A stretch of DNA of 56,452 nt, counting the filler, from Sluysia triapertura (taxonomy: Eukaryota): assembly GCA_046118255.1 (NCBI GenBank). It is 4 parts of 4 records of this genome, joined end to end, with 100 filler letters (N's around TTAATTAATTAA, not from the genome) between each part and the next. Parts side by side here need not be neighbours in the genome. Positions count along the whole stretch, not along the records: positions 30,021 to 44,296 come from JBJNIA010000566.1; positions 44,397 to 56,452 come from JBJNIA010143611.1; 2 more parts are not named here. One strand, written 5' to 3'. The notes below the pieces were generated by a model. It had not been told where the DNA came from. It searched no databases and saw only the letters and a list, made by a program, of their open reading frames with translations. This document shows, piece by piece, positions 38,631 to 51,100 of this stretch. Position numbers and translations under genes: made by a program. The number at the start of each line of letters is the position of its first letter. Within the stretch, counting starts at the first letter, position 1.

Positions 38631-41600
38631 TACTATTATTATTATTAACATTAATATTAATAATAATTGCGGTGGTTCAAACCTTTCATTTACAAAGTTT
38701 CACTAAAATTTCTTAAATATCAAAATATTTAAAATAGGCAAAATATCAAACAAATAAAATCAATATCAAAACTTTTACAAACTCAAAATCAAATTGAATT
38801 TTAAAAAATAAAATTTCTATAAGCATTTCTAAAACTTCCATTATCCTTTCTAACTTATATATCATTGTTTTTCGTTCTTTTCTCGTTCTCAATAGTCTCA
38901 ATCCAAGTATGACATGAAACGAAATAATCTTAATAATAATCGTGTTCTCAGGATGATAAATCATGACAACCAAAGTCTGGACACGGAACTAGTCAAATTA
39001 AATCTAGTAATTGTAACGTTAGAAAAGTGGAGCTTATTTAGCATTTGCAACTGCTTACCAAAAACTCAAAAAAGAAAAGAAAAAAATTTAGAAAATCACC
39101 ACCAGACTTATCACTTTATCGTTACAGCAAGCCTTTATTTTCAAGAAGACTCTCTGGAATATAACAATGGAATCGGATCTATTTTTACTTCTGTAAAACA
39201 AAAACATTTTAAACATTCTCTTGCATCAGAAGAATTTAATGTAAAAGCCATTCAAGGAACCATTGCATGTCAATTAAACAAGAAATAATTTATTAACCGG
39301 TTGTCAATATATTAAGTCTTTAAAATCCGATTCAGATAATCGTTTTACAACAGAACTTGATAATCAATTATTTTGTTATTTACGTGAAGAGAATGCAGTA
39401 AATTTAAGTTAATTATCAATCTAACAGAATTTACAGATATTTCATTATTAAAATTGATGACAAAACATGTGTTGTTCGATTTTGAAGAGTTTTATCATGC
39501 TAATATCGATTAAATATGATATTATCTGCTGCGGTAAAAAAAATTAGAATAGAATATATCGATGTCAACATAACGGACCTATACTCGAGAACCAAATTTT
39601 TGATTTCGAAATTGTAGAAGAAAAGATAGGTTCTTTTCAAGTTCAATATGCTACTAAATTTAGTAGCGATTGTCGTGGACAGTATGTAATGGGGCTTATA
39701 AAACTAATAATGATTTCGGTCTCAAGATTTTCATTTATATAGCAACAATTACGAAATGTGGACTTAAGGTTCATTCCAAATTTCGAATATTTTAAATTAC
39801 AAACCGGCTTAAGGCCATTTTTAAAGTAACTCTTTATTAAATCACACTTATAATAGAAATCATAAAAAGGCTCATCAAGTATTCATTGAGAAAAACAAAA
39901 GATTTCAAATTGTAACTATAACAAGGAAAAATAACGCCTGAATTTACGACGAGAAGTCGTAGAGTTTTGAGACATTGTGCTCGAACACTACCAACTGTAA
40001 CAAATGAAGTCCTCACTACTTATTTTAAATAAGAAGCATCAGGCAATCTATGTATCAACACACCAATTTCTTACATACACGTAGATCATGTTCGAGTTTG
40101 ACTATCACAACAATGATGTACTAAAACACTTTTAACTTATTTTTAGCTTGAGTCGGATTATCATCAAATTCTCTTTTACGACTAGTTAACAATGACAATC
40201 GAGCTCTATTTCGTTCTGCTTCCAAGTGATAAGTATTATTACCACGATTGATAGTAATGTTTAAAGCCACGTCCATTGAAACTGCCATCAACTTCAGAGA
40301 TGCTAATGTTCTAGTATGTCGACGAGCACATACATGTGGATCTGTTAAACAGTCGACAGTAATGTTAATTGATCGGTCATTTGTTGATCATATTGAAGAA
40401 TAAATCCAACATGGTTGGGTCCAAATCTCTTGGCTTGCGGTGTGATTTGAACAGGAGGATATTCATCGTTGTCATCATACAAATCTTCCGTCAATCTTTA
40501 AATAAACTGGACTTGAAAAACTTCACGTGCAACAATATTCATATGGCGTCCGTAACAATTTTTAAATATTAACTCTTCCTCGATGAGGAAAAGTTCCATA
40601 ACGCTATTACGATATTTCCAATAATAAACCAAATAGAATCGTTTTTTAAAATAAATATCTAAAAAGTGCTATTATTTAAACAGCAGAGAATTATGTGACT
40701 ATCAATCCGATTAATTCTGTTAAAAAACTTTAAAATTCTATATTGTGTATTTCTTTTAATGTTAATACGAATTCCTCGATTTTAAATACATGATTCTTTA
40801 TTTTATCATATTGCTCTATTAATTCTGATATATAAGAATTTCAAAAAGCATCAATATTTTATTTTCATGAACTTGACGATACATGAAAAATATTTTTTGA
40901 AAAAAGAATGCAACTGTACAAAAAAATTTAAAAAAAGGAAACAGAAGGCAAAGTTGGCAGATCCAGATCGGAGAGGGAGGGGCAATTTCAGGAAATTAAT
41001 GGTGGTACTTGGTTGAATCTATTGTTACAATTTGTATTTCTATTTGTTACTTCTATTTTAAATGATATAGATTGGTTAGACATTTAGTGATGTTGTAATA
41101 CGTGTGAAGTATTTGTAGGTGAACTTAGTGTGAATTTATGAATGACTGAGACACCACAGCGATCAGAATAAATTTTCAACACAAATTTTGTAGTCGTCTC
41201 AACAACAAATAACAATTTGTTGATCTGCGTAACGCGTGAAAGAAGTCAGTTTAAATCGTTCAATCGGATGTAAGATAAATTTTATGATTTACTACAGTTT
41301 ATCTACATTTATGTAATATTAATGCTAGATATACCTTAGACTATTATATTATTTAGAAAAAGTAGTTACTAACCTATAAAGTCATGTACAAAATAAAAAC
41401 TATTTCAGTTACATCTTATATGAATAATCGCAATTACACTCAAACCTGTTTTTATGCGATTTTTTATTCGTGCGATTTTTTTGTGCGATCTCATAATTTG
41501 TAATTAAATTATGAGATCACACAAAAAACGCACAAATAACATGTTTGAGTGAATTTCATAAATTTCAAAATCTGAATGCTGTTAGAAATGACATACCGCT

Positions 41601-42317
41601 ATTCATGAACAAAATTATATGTTGTTTTATTCATTTATTTTTCATTAAAATTTTTTAGAACGCCCATTGAACGGCCAATTATTTTATGTAACAAAAACTT
41701 TCTCGGTTCTGCACAGGAGTTTTAATTATAAACCTGCTATAAACTGTATTACTACGAATCTTGTCCTTGAATATATGTACAATACTGATTCTAACTCCTA
41801 TTTGTCATACGTACATAGATACATCATATCTGTTCAATATAATTTTACACTTCGAATCTAAAAGCAAATAAAAGGCATAGTCAGATAATTTTGTATCAAT
41901 CAGTTTGTGTCGTCACGCGTGATCCATCCATGCAAATTCATCATCGAAACTATCACAATAGACAATTCTTTTGTTTTCTACCTTAGATCAGCATAAAAAT
42001 TTTTTGTAACGAACATGTTCAAGGTGAGAGAATTTTACAATGATTTATTTCTGAATATTCTTATCTATTGTCATTAAATACATCCTCCCTCTTATGTTGA
42101 TTAAAATTTATATTGATTAAATCTATACATTGTTTGTGTTTATTTATACTTTGAATGTTATTTCAATTGTTGCTTTAGAATTTATGTAATTATTAAATGT
42201 AAATTTGATTTAATCATTTACGTCTCATTTATATTTAAAATTTTAGGACAAGACAATTTTAAAGCTATAGTATATATTGCAATATTAATACAAATTTTAA
42301 TTTCAATTTTAGTACTG

Positions 42318-42377
<60 letters not shown>

Positions 42378-43606
42378 TTTAAATAGTATTAAAAAAGGTA
42401 AAGCATCGTTTGGTTGAGAGGATGGAATCTTCAACTGCCGATGCTTTAGGTTTAAGCCGTGCTATTCTTGTTAACGGTTAGTAATAATGGAAATCATGAT
42501 TAATTATAGTAGTGGTGGTAATTGGTAATAATAATATTGGTAGAAAGTTATTTTTATGCCTTTATTTACATTTTTTGTAAGCTTTCGATTATTCGATAAA
42601 ATTTGATTTACTAATGCATATTTATCGACGAGTAATATATTCGAATATTTATGATACATTACAAGAAATGGATTTGTCAGGAAATTCAAGTAATTTACAT
42701 TTCTTTTTAATCCTTTTAAGTGTAGCAGCCTATATATTGACTACATAAATATGAAGTAAAAATTAATGTTTGTTCTCACACTCTAGTTTTTAACAAATTA
42801 TTATCTTGTCAAATGAAAACAGATAGATGTTTTATTGATATGTAACTTTTGGGAATCTATCGATCATATTCTTAAATACGAATAATTAATTATTAAAAAT
42901 GTTTTATTTGTAAATTGTTTACACAAATAATATATTAATTTTTTTCTGAATTTAAGTTTTAACAAATTTATAATTCAAAAATGCAAAGCAATCTGCTCGG
43001 TATAGGAAAATAATCAATAATTTTATTTAATACTGCAGATCTCTCTTATTCAGACGACTGTAGATAAAACAAAATTTTATTTGTTTTCTATACTTGCTTG
43101 TTGTTCATGTCTCGAAGTGAACATTGTAATTTCCAACTTGATATTTTAGAATATCTTGAGTCCTTACGGTGTTGAATAAATGGTCTTGTTAAATTCATTT
43201 AGAAAAAGAGTAAAGTGACACTAAAGAAGCGCTGTGAAAATTGTTTGAAAAATAGCCCAATTCCATTCTTTCGACAGTCCATTAACTACCACAAAATATG
43301 GCCAAAAAGTTAAACTCAAATTGAAATCTTTTTTTGCTCTTAAATACATGAGATTATGCAGTAAGACATGATCTATTATTTGATTTGAAAAAACAAAAAT
43401 TTAAAGTTGTTTTTTTAAATATTAATTTATTTGCTACAAGTCGATAAATATGGTAATGTAATTTTGTAATTTTTATGGTGATGGTATAATTTTATTTTAT
43501 TAACAAATGAATGCAGTTCTGAAGAAAGTGAAACACAGAATTGTGGAGAATATGACTTCAGGAACTGCAGATGCATTTGGTTTAAGTCGAGCAATACTTT
43601 GTAATG
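30996..43606 (+). CDS. PICK1: PRKCA-binding protein PICK1, 5' part (PDZ domain and PDZ-BAR linker)
   Basis: Exons 30996-31036 (MDLYDDYGLEEDKM), 31073-31313 (PDZ: LQKDSQNLIGISIGGGAPYCPCLYVVQVFD) and 31349-31415 (GEVTINYNKLHADPKQGKTLDI), then 42387-42476 and/or 43517-43606 (LKKVKHR...GLSRAIL.N). Introns are 36 nt, 35 nt and about 11 kb. The BAR-domain exons lie beyond the contig. Confidence 0.95.
32631..32684. repeat. (ATT)n microsatellite in PICK1 intron 3
   Basis: Seen directly in sequence. Confidence 0.9.
33429..33500 (+). mobile_element. Solo left end of the pogo/Tigger-like MITE family
   Basis: TA|CAGTCAAGTCTGTTTTTATGTG, similar to the termini at 19419/19552 and 41437/41551. Confidence 0.5.
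34648..34722. repeat. (AAT)n microsatellite in PICK1 intron 3
   Basis: Seen directly in sequence, slightly interrupted. Confidence 0.9.
34867..35750 (+). mobile_element. Tigger/pogo transposon 5' remnant
   Basis: Tigger-like terminus CATGCATCCCTCGTTTAACACGG. Also RQKVVTLEQKIEI...SNIANSLNLNEATVRTILKN (CENP-B/psq HTH) and MEHALIIWMEN..KRIPLSTLIIKQK (Tc5 HTH), with stops and frameshifts. Confidence 0.85.
35994..36128. other. Within-scaffold assembly gap (135 N, no linker motif)
   Basis: N run without TTAATTAATTAA; PICK1 exons are colinear on both sides. Confidence 0.9.
38575..38646. repeat. (ATT)n microsatellite in PICK1 intron 3
   Basis: Seen directly in sequence. Confidence 0.9.
40121..40599 (-). 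pseudogene. Intronless ORF remnant of about 160 codons, antisense within PICK1 intron 3; unknown family
   Basis: MELFLIEEELIFKNCYGRHMNIVAREVFQVQFI*RLTEDLYDDNDEYPPVQITPQAKRFGPNHVGFILQYDQQMTDQ, then one frameshift, then ITVDCLTDPHVCARRHTRTL...KLKVF*. GC content is higher than the flanks. Confidence 0.45.
41437..41551. mobile_element. Fold-back MITE forming a near-complete hairpin
   Basis: Outer arms CACTCAAACCTGTT / AACATGTTTGAGTG; inner arms TTTTTTGTGCGATCTCATAATTT / AAATTATGAGATCACACAAAAAA around a 6-nt loop. Confidence 0.8.
42320..42377. repeat. (AAT)n microsatellite about 10 nt upstream of the PICK1 exon 4a acceptor
   Basis: Seen directly in sequence. Confidence 0.9.
42387..42476 (+). CDS. 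PICK1: PICK1 exon 4a (duplicated exon)
   Basis: aaatag|90 nt|gttagt, phase 1-1, encoding (I)LKKVKHRLVERMESSTADALGLSRAILVN. Confidence 0.9.
43517..43606 (+). CDS. PICK1: PICK1 exon 4b (duplicated exon)
   Basis: atgcag|90 nt|gttagt, phase 1-1, encoding (I)LKKVKHRIVENMTSGTADAFGLSRAILCN. Confidence 0.9.
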
Positions 43607-44182
43607 GTTAGTTCAGAATTTGTTTAACAATCTTTATATTAAATATTTGATAATTTTGATTACTTATAATTGTAAATAGATTATGAATTGTTAAATATGT
43701 TAAAAGATTTTTAAAAGATTATTTTGTAATTCAAAAAGAAACTATTTCAAATGAAAATTCAATTTAAATTTAATTATTTGATAAACTTTATTAAAGACGT
43801 TATTTATAATATTATTTGACTAGTATTATGAAAGATCTGTAGATTAATATTTTAATTTTCTTCAAAATGTATTTTGTAAAATTTACAACTTTACTTTAAT
43901 GATTACATTTGATGTTCCTCTGAAGAAAAGAACTGATCTAGTTTATGTATCGTCACATTGTAATATCAACTATTTATCATCTCATAATTATTGCAAAATT
44001 TAAAATAGTTACAAAATAAAACTGCTGATTAAAGTTGTGTTAATCCATGTATAATGTGTTCAAACAAGTGTATTCACACCTGCTGGTTTCAGCAATGTTT
44101 CAGTTATTCATCTACATAATTATAGTAGTCATTAGATTTGAATCCAAATTTATCAGCATATGTACTTCGAACCTGAAACCTA

Positions 44183-44183
<1 letters not shown>

Positions 44184-44225
<42 letters not shown>

Positions 44226-44240
44226 TAATAATAATAATAA
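44184..44240. repeat. (AAT)n microsatellite downstream of exon 4b
   Basis: Seen directly in sequence. Confidence 0.9.
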
Positions 44241-44296
44241 TGTGTCTCCATTTTATTAAAACAGAAGATTTCTTTTGTACAGTAGGGAATATTCGA

Positions 44297-44396
44297 NNNN
44301 NNNNNNNNNNNNNNNNNNNNNNNNNNNNNNNNNNNNNNNNTTAATTAATTAANNNNNNNNNNNNNNNNNNNNNNNNNNNNNNNNNNNNNNNNNNNN
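44297..44396. other. Artificial contig-joining linker
   Basis: 44 N + TTAATTAATTAA + 44 N. Confidence 0.97.
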
Positions 44397-45104
44397 GTCT
44401 CAAACTAAAATTATCGAATTAAAATTTCACTTGACTCTGAAATGATACGAATCGACAAAAGCAATATCTGCGAAATATTGCTTATCTGAAGTACTTACAT
44501 TTTTGGGAAAAAGCTTAAAACAATGGAGATATTTGATTTTTTAAATTGTATGATTTCAGTCGAGCTACTGCTGCTATTGTTTGTAGAGATAGTAAAAATC
44601 AAACTAATCATTCTGATGTTTATGTACTTTCGAATTGTTTAAATTAGATTTAGAATATTTAGATCTTTGTTGTCGACTTGTATCGAGTATTTTTAAATTT
44701 AGATAGTCTCATTGCTTATTTTCCTATTGTTTTCGTAATGTTTGAAAAGCGCAAAAAACACAAACAATAACAATAATAATGACAATAAAAATAAAAATAA
44801 TAATGATGATGATAATAGTTACATATTATTAATTATATTATAATTATCACCAAAACAATACAACGTTTTTTCTAAAGTTTAAAGAATTTTTAAACTATCG
44901 AGCGATTTTCTGAGTTATATCAAAATTTTATCAGCAATTTCACAGTATTTCAGTGCTGCTTGGATAATATTTCGTGAAAGCCACAACTAGTAATATAATA
45001 ATATGATTATAATGATTAAATAATAAAATTGTGCTTCTTTTAAGCATCATAATCGATAGCATAAGTGAATTTATAAATTATAAATAAACAACAAAACGCC
45101 GAAC

Positions 45105-48100
45105 CTGTCAACAAAACCGCACTGGCAGTTAATTCTGGATATTCGGATTTGAAATAAATCAAACATCGCATTATCAAATCATTCACTTTATGAACCATTT
45201 GATTTATCAATAACTTGGATATTTCGTTACAAAACTCGCCGTAGTGCAATGTTCCATCCTCGCGTAAACACGTTTGTATGAAATCGTTTAATTTGTTCTC
45301 GGCATTATTTGTTAAATTTTCCATTGTATACAAGGGCATTATCTAAATTTATTTTTACATTAACTGATTTTTCGGGTCTCATATTAACACATTCTTTGAG
45401 GGAAATGAATTATTGTTAGTGTGCGGGAGCCGACAACACTCGGATTTTTACGAATAAGTGGTTGGTTGCGAGAACCGTTAGAAAGGAATTGTTTGAAAAT
45501 CAATAATAAATTGAAAGATTTATTTTTTGCGCAAAATTATGTCCAATAATCGCCCGCTTTTCAGCTTGATTGGGTTAAAATAGCCCTCATAATATATGTT
45601 AAATTCAGATTTCAATTAATTATTTACTTATATGCAATAAACACATTTTAAGTACCCAATCAAACAAGCCACACTCAGAAATAACATTAAAGTGCCTCAA
45701 TTAATCAGTGCTAACATTTATTTCAATATTATATTTACCTACCATCATTATTTAATAATAAATATTAAAATGTACGTCTTACTAGTTTTAGTGTTACTTT
45801 ACAGGCTCGTACTACATCCAAATTTGGATCCTCCAAGTGAACCAATAGTGGTACGAGTACAGAATTAGTCTCTTGTATATACCGCGATCGACTTGGACCA
45901 TCTGCTACTCGTGACAATGCACCAAACAATCGAAATGAAGCTGCTCTAACTCCAGCTGATTCTCGTTCATAACAAGTCAGCATTCGAAGACAGAGAGTAA
46001 CGAGAATATCACGAACATCCGGTTCTTTTAAAGATCCAATGAGATCCGTTAAACCAATCATGGAAGCATTTATCAATTTGTCTTCAGAATCCTGTTAATA
46101 TCAAATAATCACAAAAGACTACTCATAAAATTCAATAATGCGTATTTTACTATCGATTATGCATCACAAGATAAGCCATTCGAATTGTTCTAGAAAATGA
46201 TTTAAAACATTTATTTATCTTTTGAAAATTTCTACTAATGTTCGATCGACTAAGCCTTCTTTTCCTGAAATAACTTTTGAGCTGATATTATGTCTGTTTT
46301 TGAAACATTCAAGTTTTAAAAGTATCCTTTCCCATTTTAAAAATAGCCTTCAATTTTGAAACATTTGAAGCTTTAAAAATATCCTTTCCGATTTTACTTG
46401 TAATTCATAGTACCACAGTCTTGATCATATCACCAAATATAATGAAGTTTTTGTCATACACGAAGCTATCAATTTTTAAAGTGGAGAAGTGATTATAAAC
46501 TCTTTTCCTAATTTTTTTCTGATTATTCCGCACTTAGTTCTTCTAGTAATCACAGTTTAATGTTTATAAATTTAGATTTCATGCTATTTGTATACAATCT
46601 CAATTTCAGATGATCTTGTTCACATAATATTTTCATTCTTTCAAATATTCGAACATTTCATCATAGCACAATGAGCATTATTAAATTATGAGTGTGAGCA
46701 TTATGTAGTTAGAATGCAATATAATTATCACTTGCAGTAGAAAGTAAAACTTACGTTTCTGTCATCCATACCTAGCAAAAGAGCTGACAGCAACGACGAA
46801 GCGTGTCGACTAATTATGTGCTCCTTGCATCGACTCACTTTCCCTATTCCAATCAAAGCTAGTCGTCGTACTTCCAACACTTTGTCGCCTAATCTTGAAA
46901 CTAACTGATGAATAATGTTATCAATTAACGAATCAACTTCATTTTTCGATAAAGTACTAACTACACTGCCATCATCATTACTAGCACTACTAAAACCACC
47001 AATCAAAGTATTACTGAATGACATCAAATTGGAGTTACTCATACCATCAATTGCCTACAAGTATAATTGAATAAAATAATAAATATAATTTATTATCAGT
47101 TTCTAAACAATTGATTTATTATTATTATTATTATTATTTGTTGTGGGTTTTATAAGTTTTAAGTTTTAAGGTTTTAAATTTTCTAGAACAAATGATTAAT
47201 TTTATATATCTTTTCTTTACATTTAGAAATTTATTTAATGATAGCCAATTTAGTTTCGACTTAAGGTCATGCACACAACAAAATATCCAAATCTTGAACG
47301 ATTCAATTAAATGAACAAAATAAGACTGAAATTGTATAAACACAAAACAATAAACGTAGAATGATGAGAACAGTTGAATAGCATAAAATTCGTTATTCGC
47401 AATAAGCAACACTCGTGGCACTGTCCAATTTATAATTGTAAGTATATTCTGCACGGTACCCGTTGGTGACGGTTGATGATTGACGTAGATCACCTCTCGC
47501 AAGCATTCAATAATTCTAAAACAGAGTTATCTTCTTTAACTGAATGTTCCATTCTCTCCATTGTTGTGCATGATCTCAGTGACACAAATGAAGAGATTCA
47601 ATTGAAAAATATAATAAATAAAATTGGAATTAATCTATCAATAAAACCTATGAATGATCCAGTAAATGATTCAACCTTTTCGAGCATTATAATCGTATTT
47701 ACAATCAAGAAAACCATAGAGTTTATACGAAGATGCAAATATAAAACACCTAAAGATTTAAGATAACTATATAAAATTATTACACCTTCAGCTTCATTAA
47801 CTTCCTACTCTACTTCTTTTTCATATTTCTTTTATTTTATTATGACGCACAATTTTCCTTCAACGAACATCGTATAGAACTCGATTTAACTATTTTCAAG
47901 AAACTTTCAAAGATAACGATCTTAATGTTTTAAAGATATCAAATTAGATAAGAGAAATATGTAAAGAAAAAGAAGTTTATGTATTTTAATTTTTTTTATT
48001 ATTATTATTAATCCATTATTATTATCATATTATAGTTGTCACCATTGTTGTTGGGTCATTTGTACTGTCAAGCTTGTCCGTTTTCAATTTAATTTCTATC

Positions 48101-51100
48101 AACAATTGACAGACAAACACTGTGTTGTCCAAAAATTTTTAAAATTAAAATTGGTGTTAGAAACAAAATTAGTTGCTTTTTTTATTGGCCCGCAAATCAG
48201 AATACAACACAATTAATACATTCACAATTTATTGTCACAATTCAAGCACAATTTACATTTATATGTAATTTTAGTTCAATACGTAATTTATATTATTAAA
48301 AATAATCACAATCTAATGATTGAAAATAATTTGAACTGTAAATGTCACTTACAACATACACTACGTCAACGCATTCAGAAGATTTAGAGTTGCTACAGAG
48401 ATCTTATATGTTTATTTCCCAAATGTTTTTTGTCAAAGTGATCTTATCAGTAATGCTAATTTAAAATTATTAGATTCGAAACAACATAAAATTGGTTTTA
48501 AGCAAAAGCTTTATTTGGCTATTTATGATTCTAATTTTCTATGATATCGAATATTTGATCAATTATTACTCAAACTAAACGGTGATATTCGATATTTCCC
48601 GTTTTTACGAAGATTCTGTTCTACAAACAGTATTATATCGCTCACTACAAAACGGAAGACAATAAATTTTTAAAAAATGTAATCAGTGACGAATACAATT
48701 ATCAAATTAGTTACAGAGTTATATGTTATACCAACGATCACGATATACTCAGTTATGGGATATGTGAAGCAAGGTCAAGTTTTATGTACATATGTTTTAA
48801 CGTTATTAAAGAAATATCCTACTTCAATTATTATACTTAAAAACAATGAATTCTTATCTTATTTTAAAATGAAAACAATTGATATTAAAAGATTCACTTT
48901 AGATAAGCATTTTAATATACTTAAATTCAGAGTTTTTGATCAATTTCAGAATTTCCTTTGATAAAATATTTTGTATCAAGACAAACTAAAGTTCATAAAA
49001 ATAAGAACATGCACGTAATAATATGTTATATAATTACTGCATCTAATCATAATCGATCTTTAAAATATCACATCTTAATAACGACGCATTATTTGAATGT
49101 GTTCTATCGACATTCTTAGGCAGAAACTTTTGTATCAGAATTTTATAGACGATTTTTAGAGTAAATAGAATCTTCACTTCTCAGCAGCGCACGTCTACAT
49201 CTACATGAATTACTCAATTCTCGTAATTCATCATGTAAGTAAAGAAACAGCCTTTTTAACCTAAGTATTACATTTTGACCATTTGTGTATCTGAAATATA
49301 CTCAGGAAAGTGTATCTGAAATATACTCAGGAAAGTGTATCTCAAATATACTCAGGAAAGTGTATCTCAAATATACTCAGGAAAGTGTATCTCAAATATA
49401 CTCAGGAAAGTGTATCTTCAAAATATACATTCACATTGTATGTATAGTAAATTAATACCTCTTGAAACTTTAATTATAAATTATTTAAATTGTATAGTCA
49501 ATAAATGTCTTCTATGTTATCCTTATCATTTGTATATTAAGAAACTTAGATTAAAATACACGAGCTTTGTATTGGTTCTGATAAATTTAATGTCATAAAT
49601 GAATCCGATAAACATTATTTCAATAATCTTTCATTAAATAAACTTAATAACACTTTGGCCACTTTGATAATACTAAATAAATATAAAAATAACAAAACTG
49701 TAACATTAAATAAATGATATCATAATAAAATAACACCATAATTATAATTTTTAATATTTAATAACTTAATAATATTTAATGAACAAAGCTCTCTCTCTCT
49801 CTCTCTGTTTCAGAAATATTATAATGCATGATTAGTGCTAAATACCTACTTTATAGTATTCAAGAGGGAGATAATGCTCTTTCTATTTCAGAAATATTAT
49901 ACCCACATAACAATACTTTAATGAAATAAGTAGTAGAAGTGGGAACAATAACAAAAATAATAGTAGCAATAATAAGATATACACATATGTACATATATAC
50001 ACAGACATTCACACATGCATAAAGAAAAACAGTTAAAATCATGCAACAGCGATAATAATATACAAGATTTAAGCAATAATAATTATATTATTATTACTAT
50101 TGTGTTTTGTATGTATTGTGTAGGTTATTTACTAACATGTTTATATGTAAGATGTGTTGATTTGTGTTATTATTATTACAACTTATGATAATCTTATCGA
50201 ATAAAAATAAAAAACACTTTTATATATTATTTATTTTATATATAAAATAAAACATATTTAGTTTAGTTTATCCTAAATGAGGCGTGTCATAGAAGAAAAA
50301 TGAAAATATGATTGATTATACCACACTTTTCGGTTTAAAAGCTTTTTTATTCGAGTTTTAGTTTCCAAAGCTATTTCAAATATGTTAGTTCGTAATATAA
50401 TTTATAATTTCATTATTATTGTATTTCCAAATTGTTCACTTCTAAGATTTCAGTTATCAAAAATGTGCCCCAAACAAAAGACGAAGGTTGTTTTTTCATA
50501 CAAAAGACTTATTATTTAGATTATGTAATGTTAATTGTTATTAAGGATTTACCTTTCTTTGACTTTACTTTTTATAGTAAACCATTATTTACTAACCAAT
50601 AAAGAAGCATCTAAAACACATAGGTTGAAAGAAAAGTTATGACCATTTAAAGGACATTATTAATGATTTACATAGAAGCATGAATACAAGAAGTGGGAGT
50701 ATATTGAGGATATTTAAATAGGTTGTACGTTATTCAAATTATTCACAACACTTTAAGTAACTGAACCTCAAACTTAAACAAAAATTAGATATCAAAAACG
50801 ACAAGTCATTTTATGTTATCTTTGCTACTATTCATTTCCTTCTGCTCTGGAGTCATTGCTTGATTTTTGTTCAGGGTGCGCTTCTCGACCCTCATTCTTA
50901 AAAATGAACGTATCTTCGTTATTAAGAATTACTGTATAAGGACTAGATGGGAAGCAAACTTCAGACACTTGTAACGAATAAGTCGACAATGTTCAATATT
51001 GTATCAAATTTTGAAAGAACTGTTAATGGTAAACCTTACCTTGATATTCTGAAGACAAAAGTGTTTCCTATTGTTGATGAGTTCCCCCATTTCGGTGATG

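Noticed and set aside
42387-43606. PICK1 exon duplication as a haplotype or assembly artefact
   Set aside because: The copies differ at many synonymous sites and their flanking introns show no visible similarity, unlike allelic or collapsed duplicates.
44860-44986. Candidate next MROH1 exon
   Set aside because: The required phase hits TGA after 14 codons, with no resemblance to the MROH1 C-terminus.
49285-49417. CRISPR-like 25-bp repeats
   Set aside because: Copies are head-to-tail with no spacers, there are no cas genes, and the context is a eukaryotic intron.
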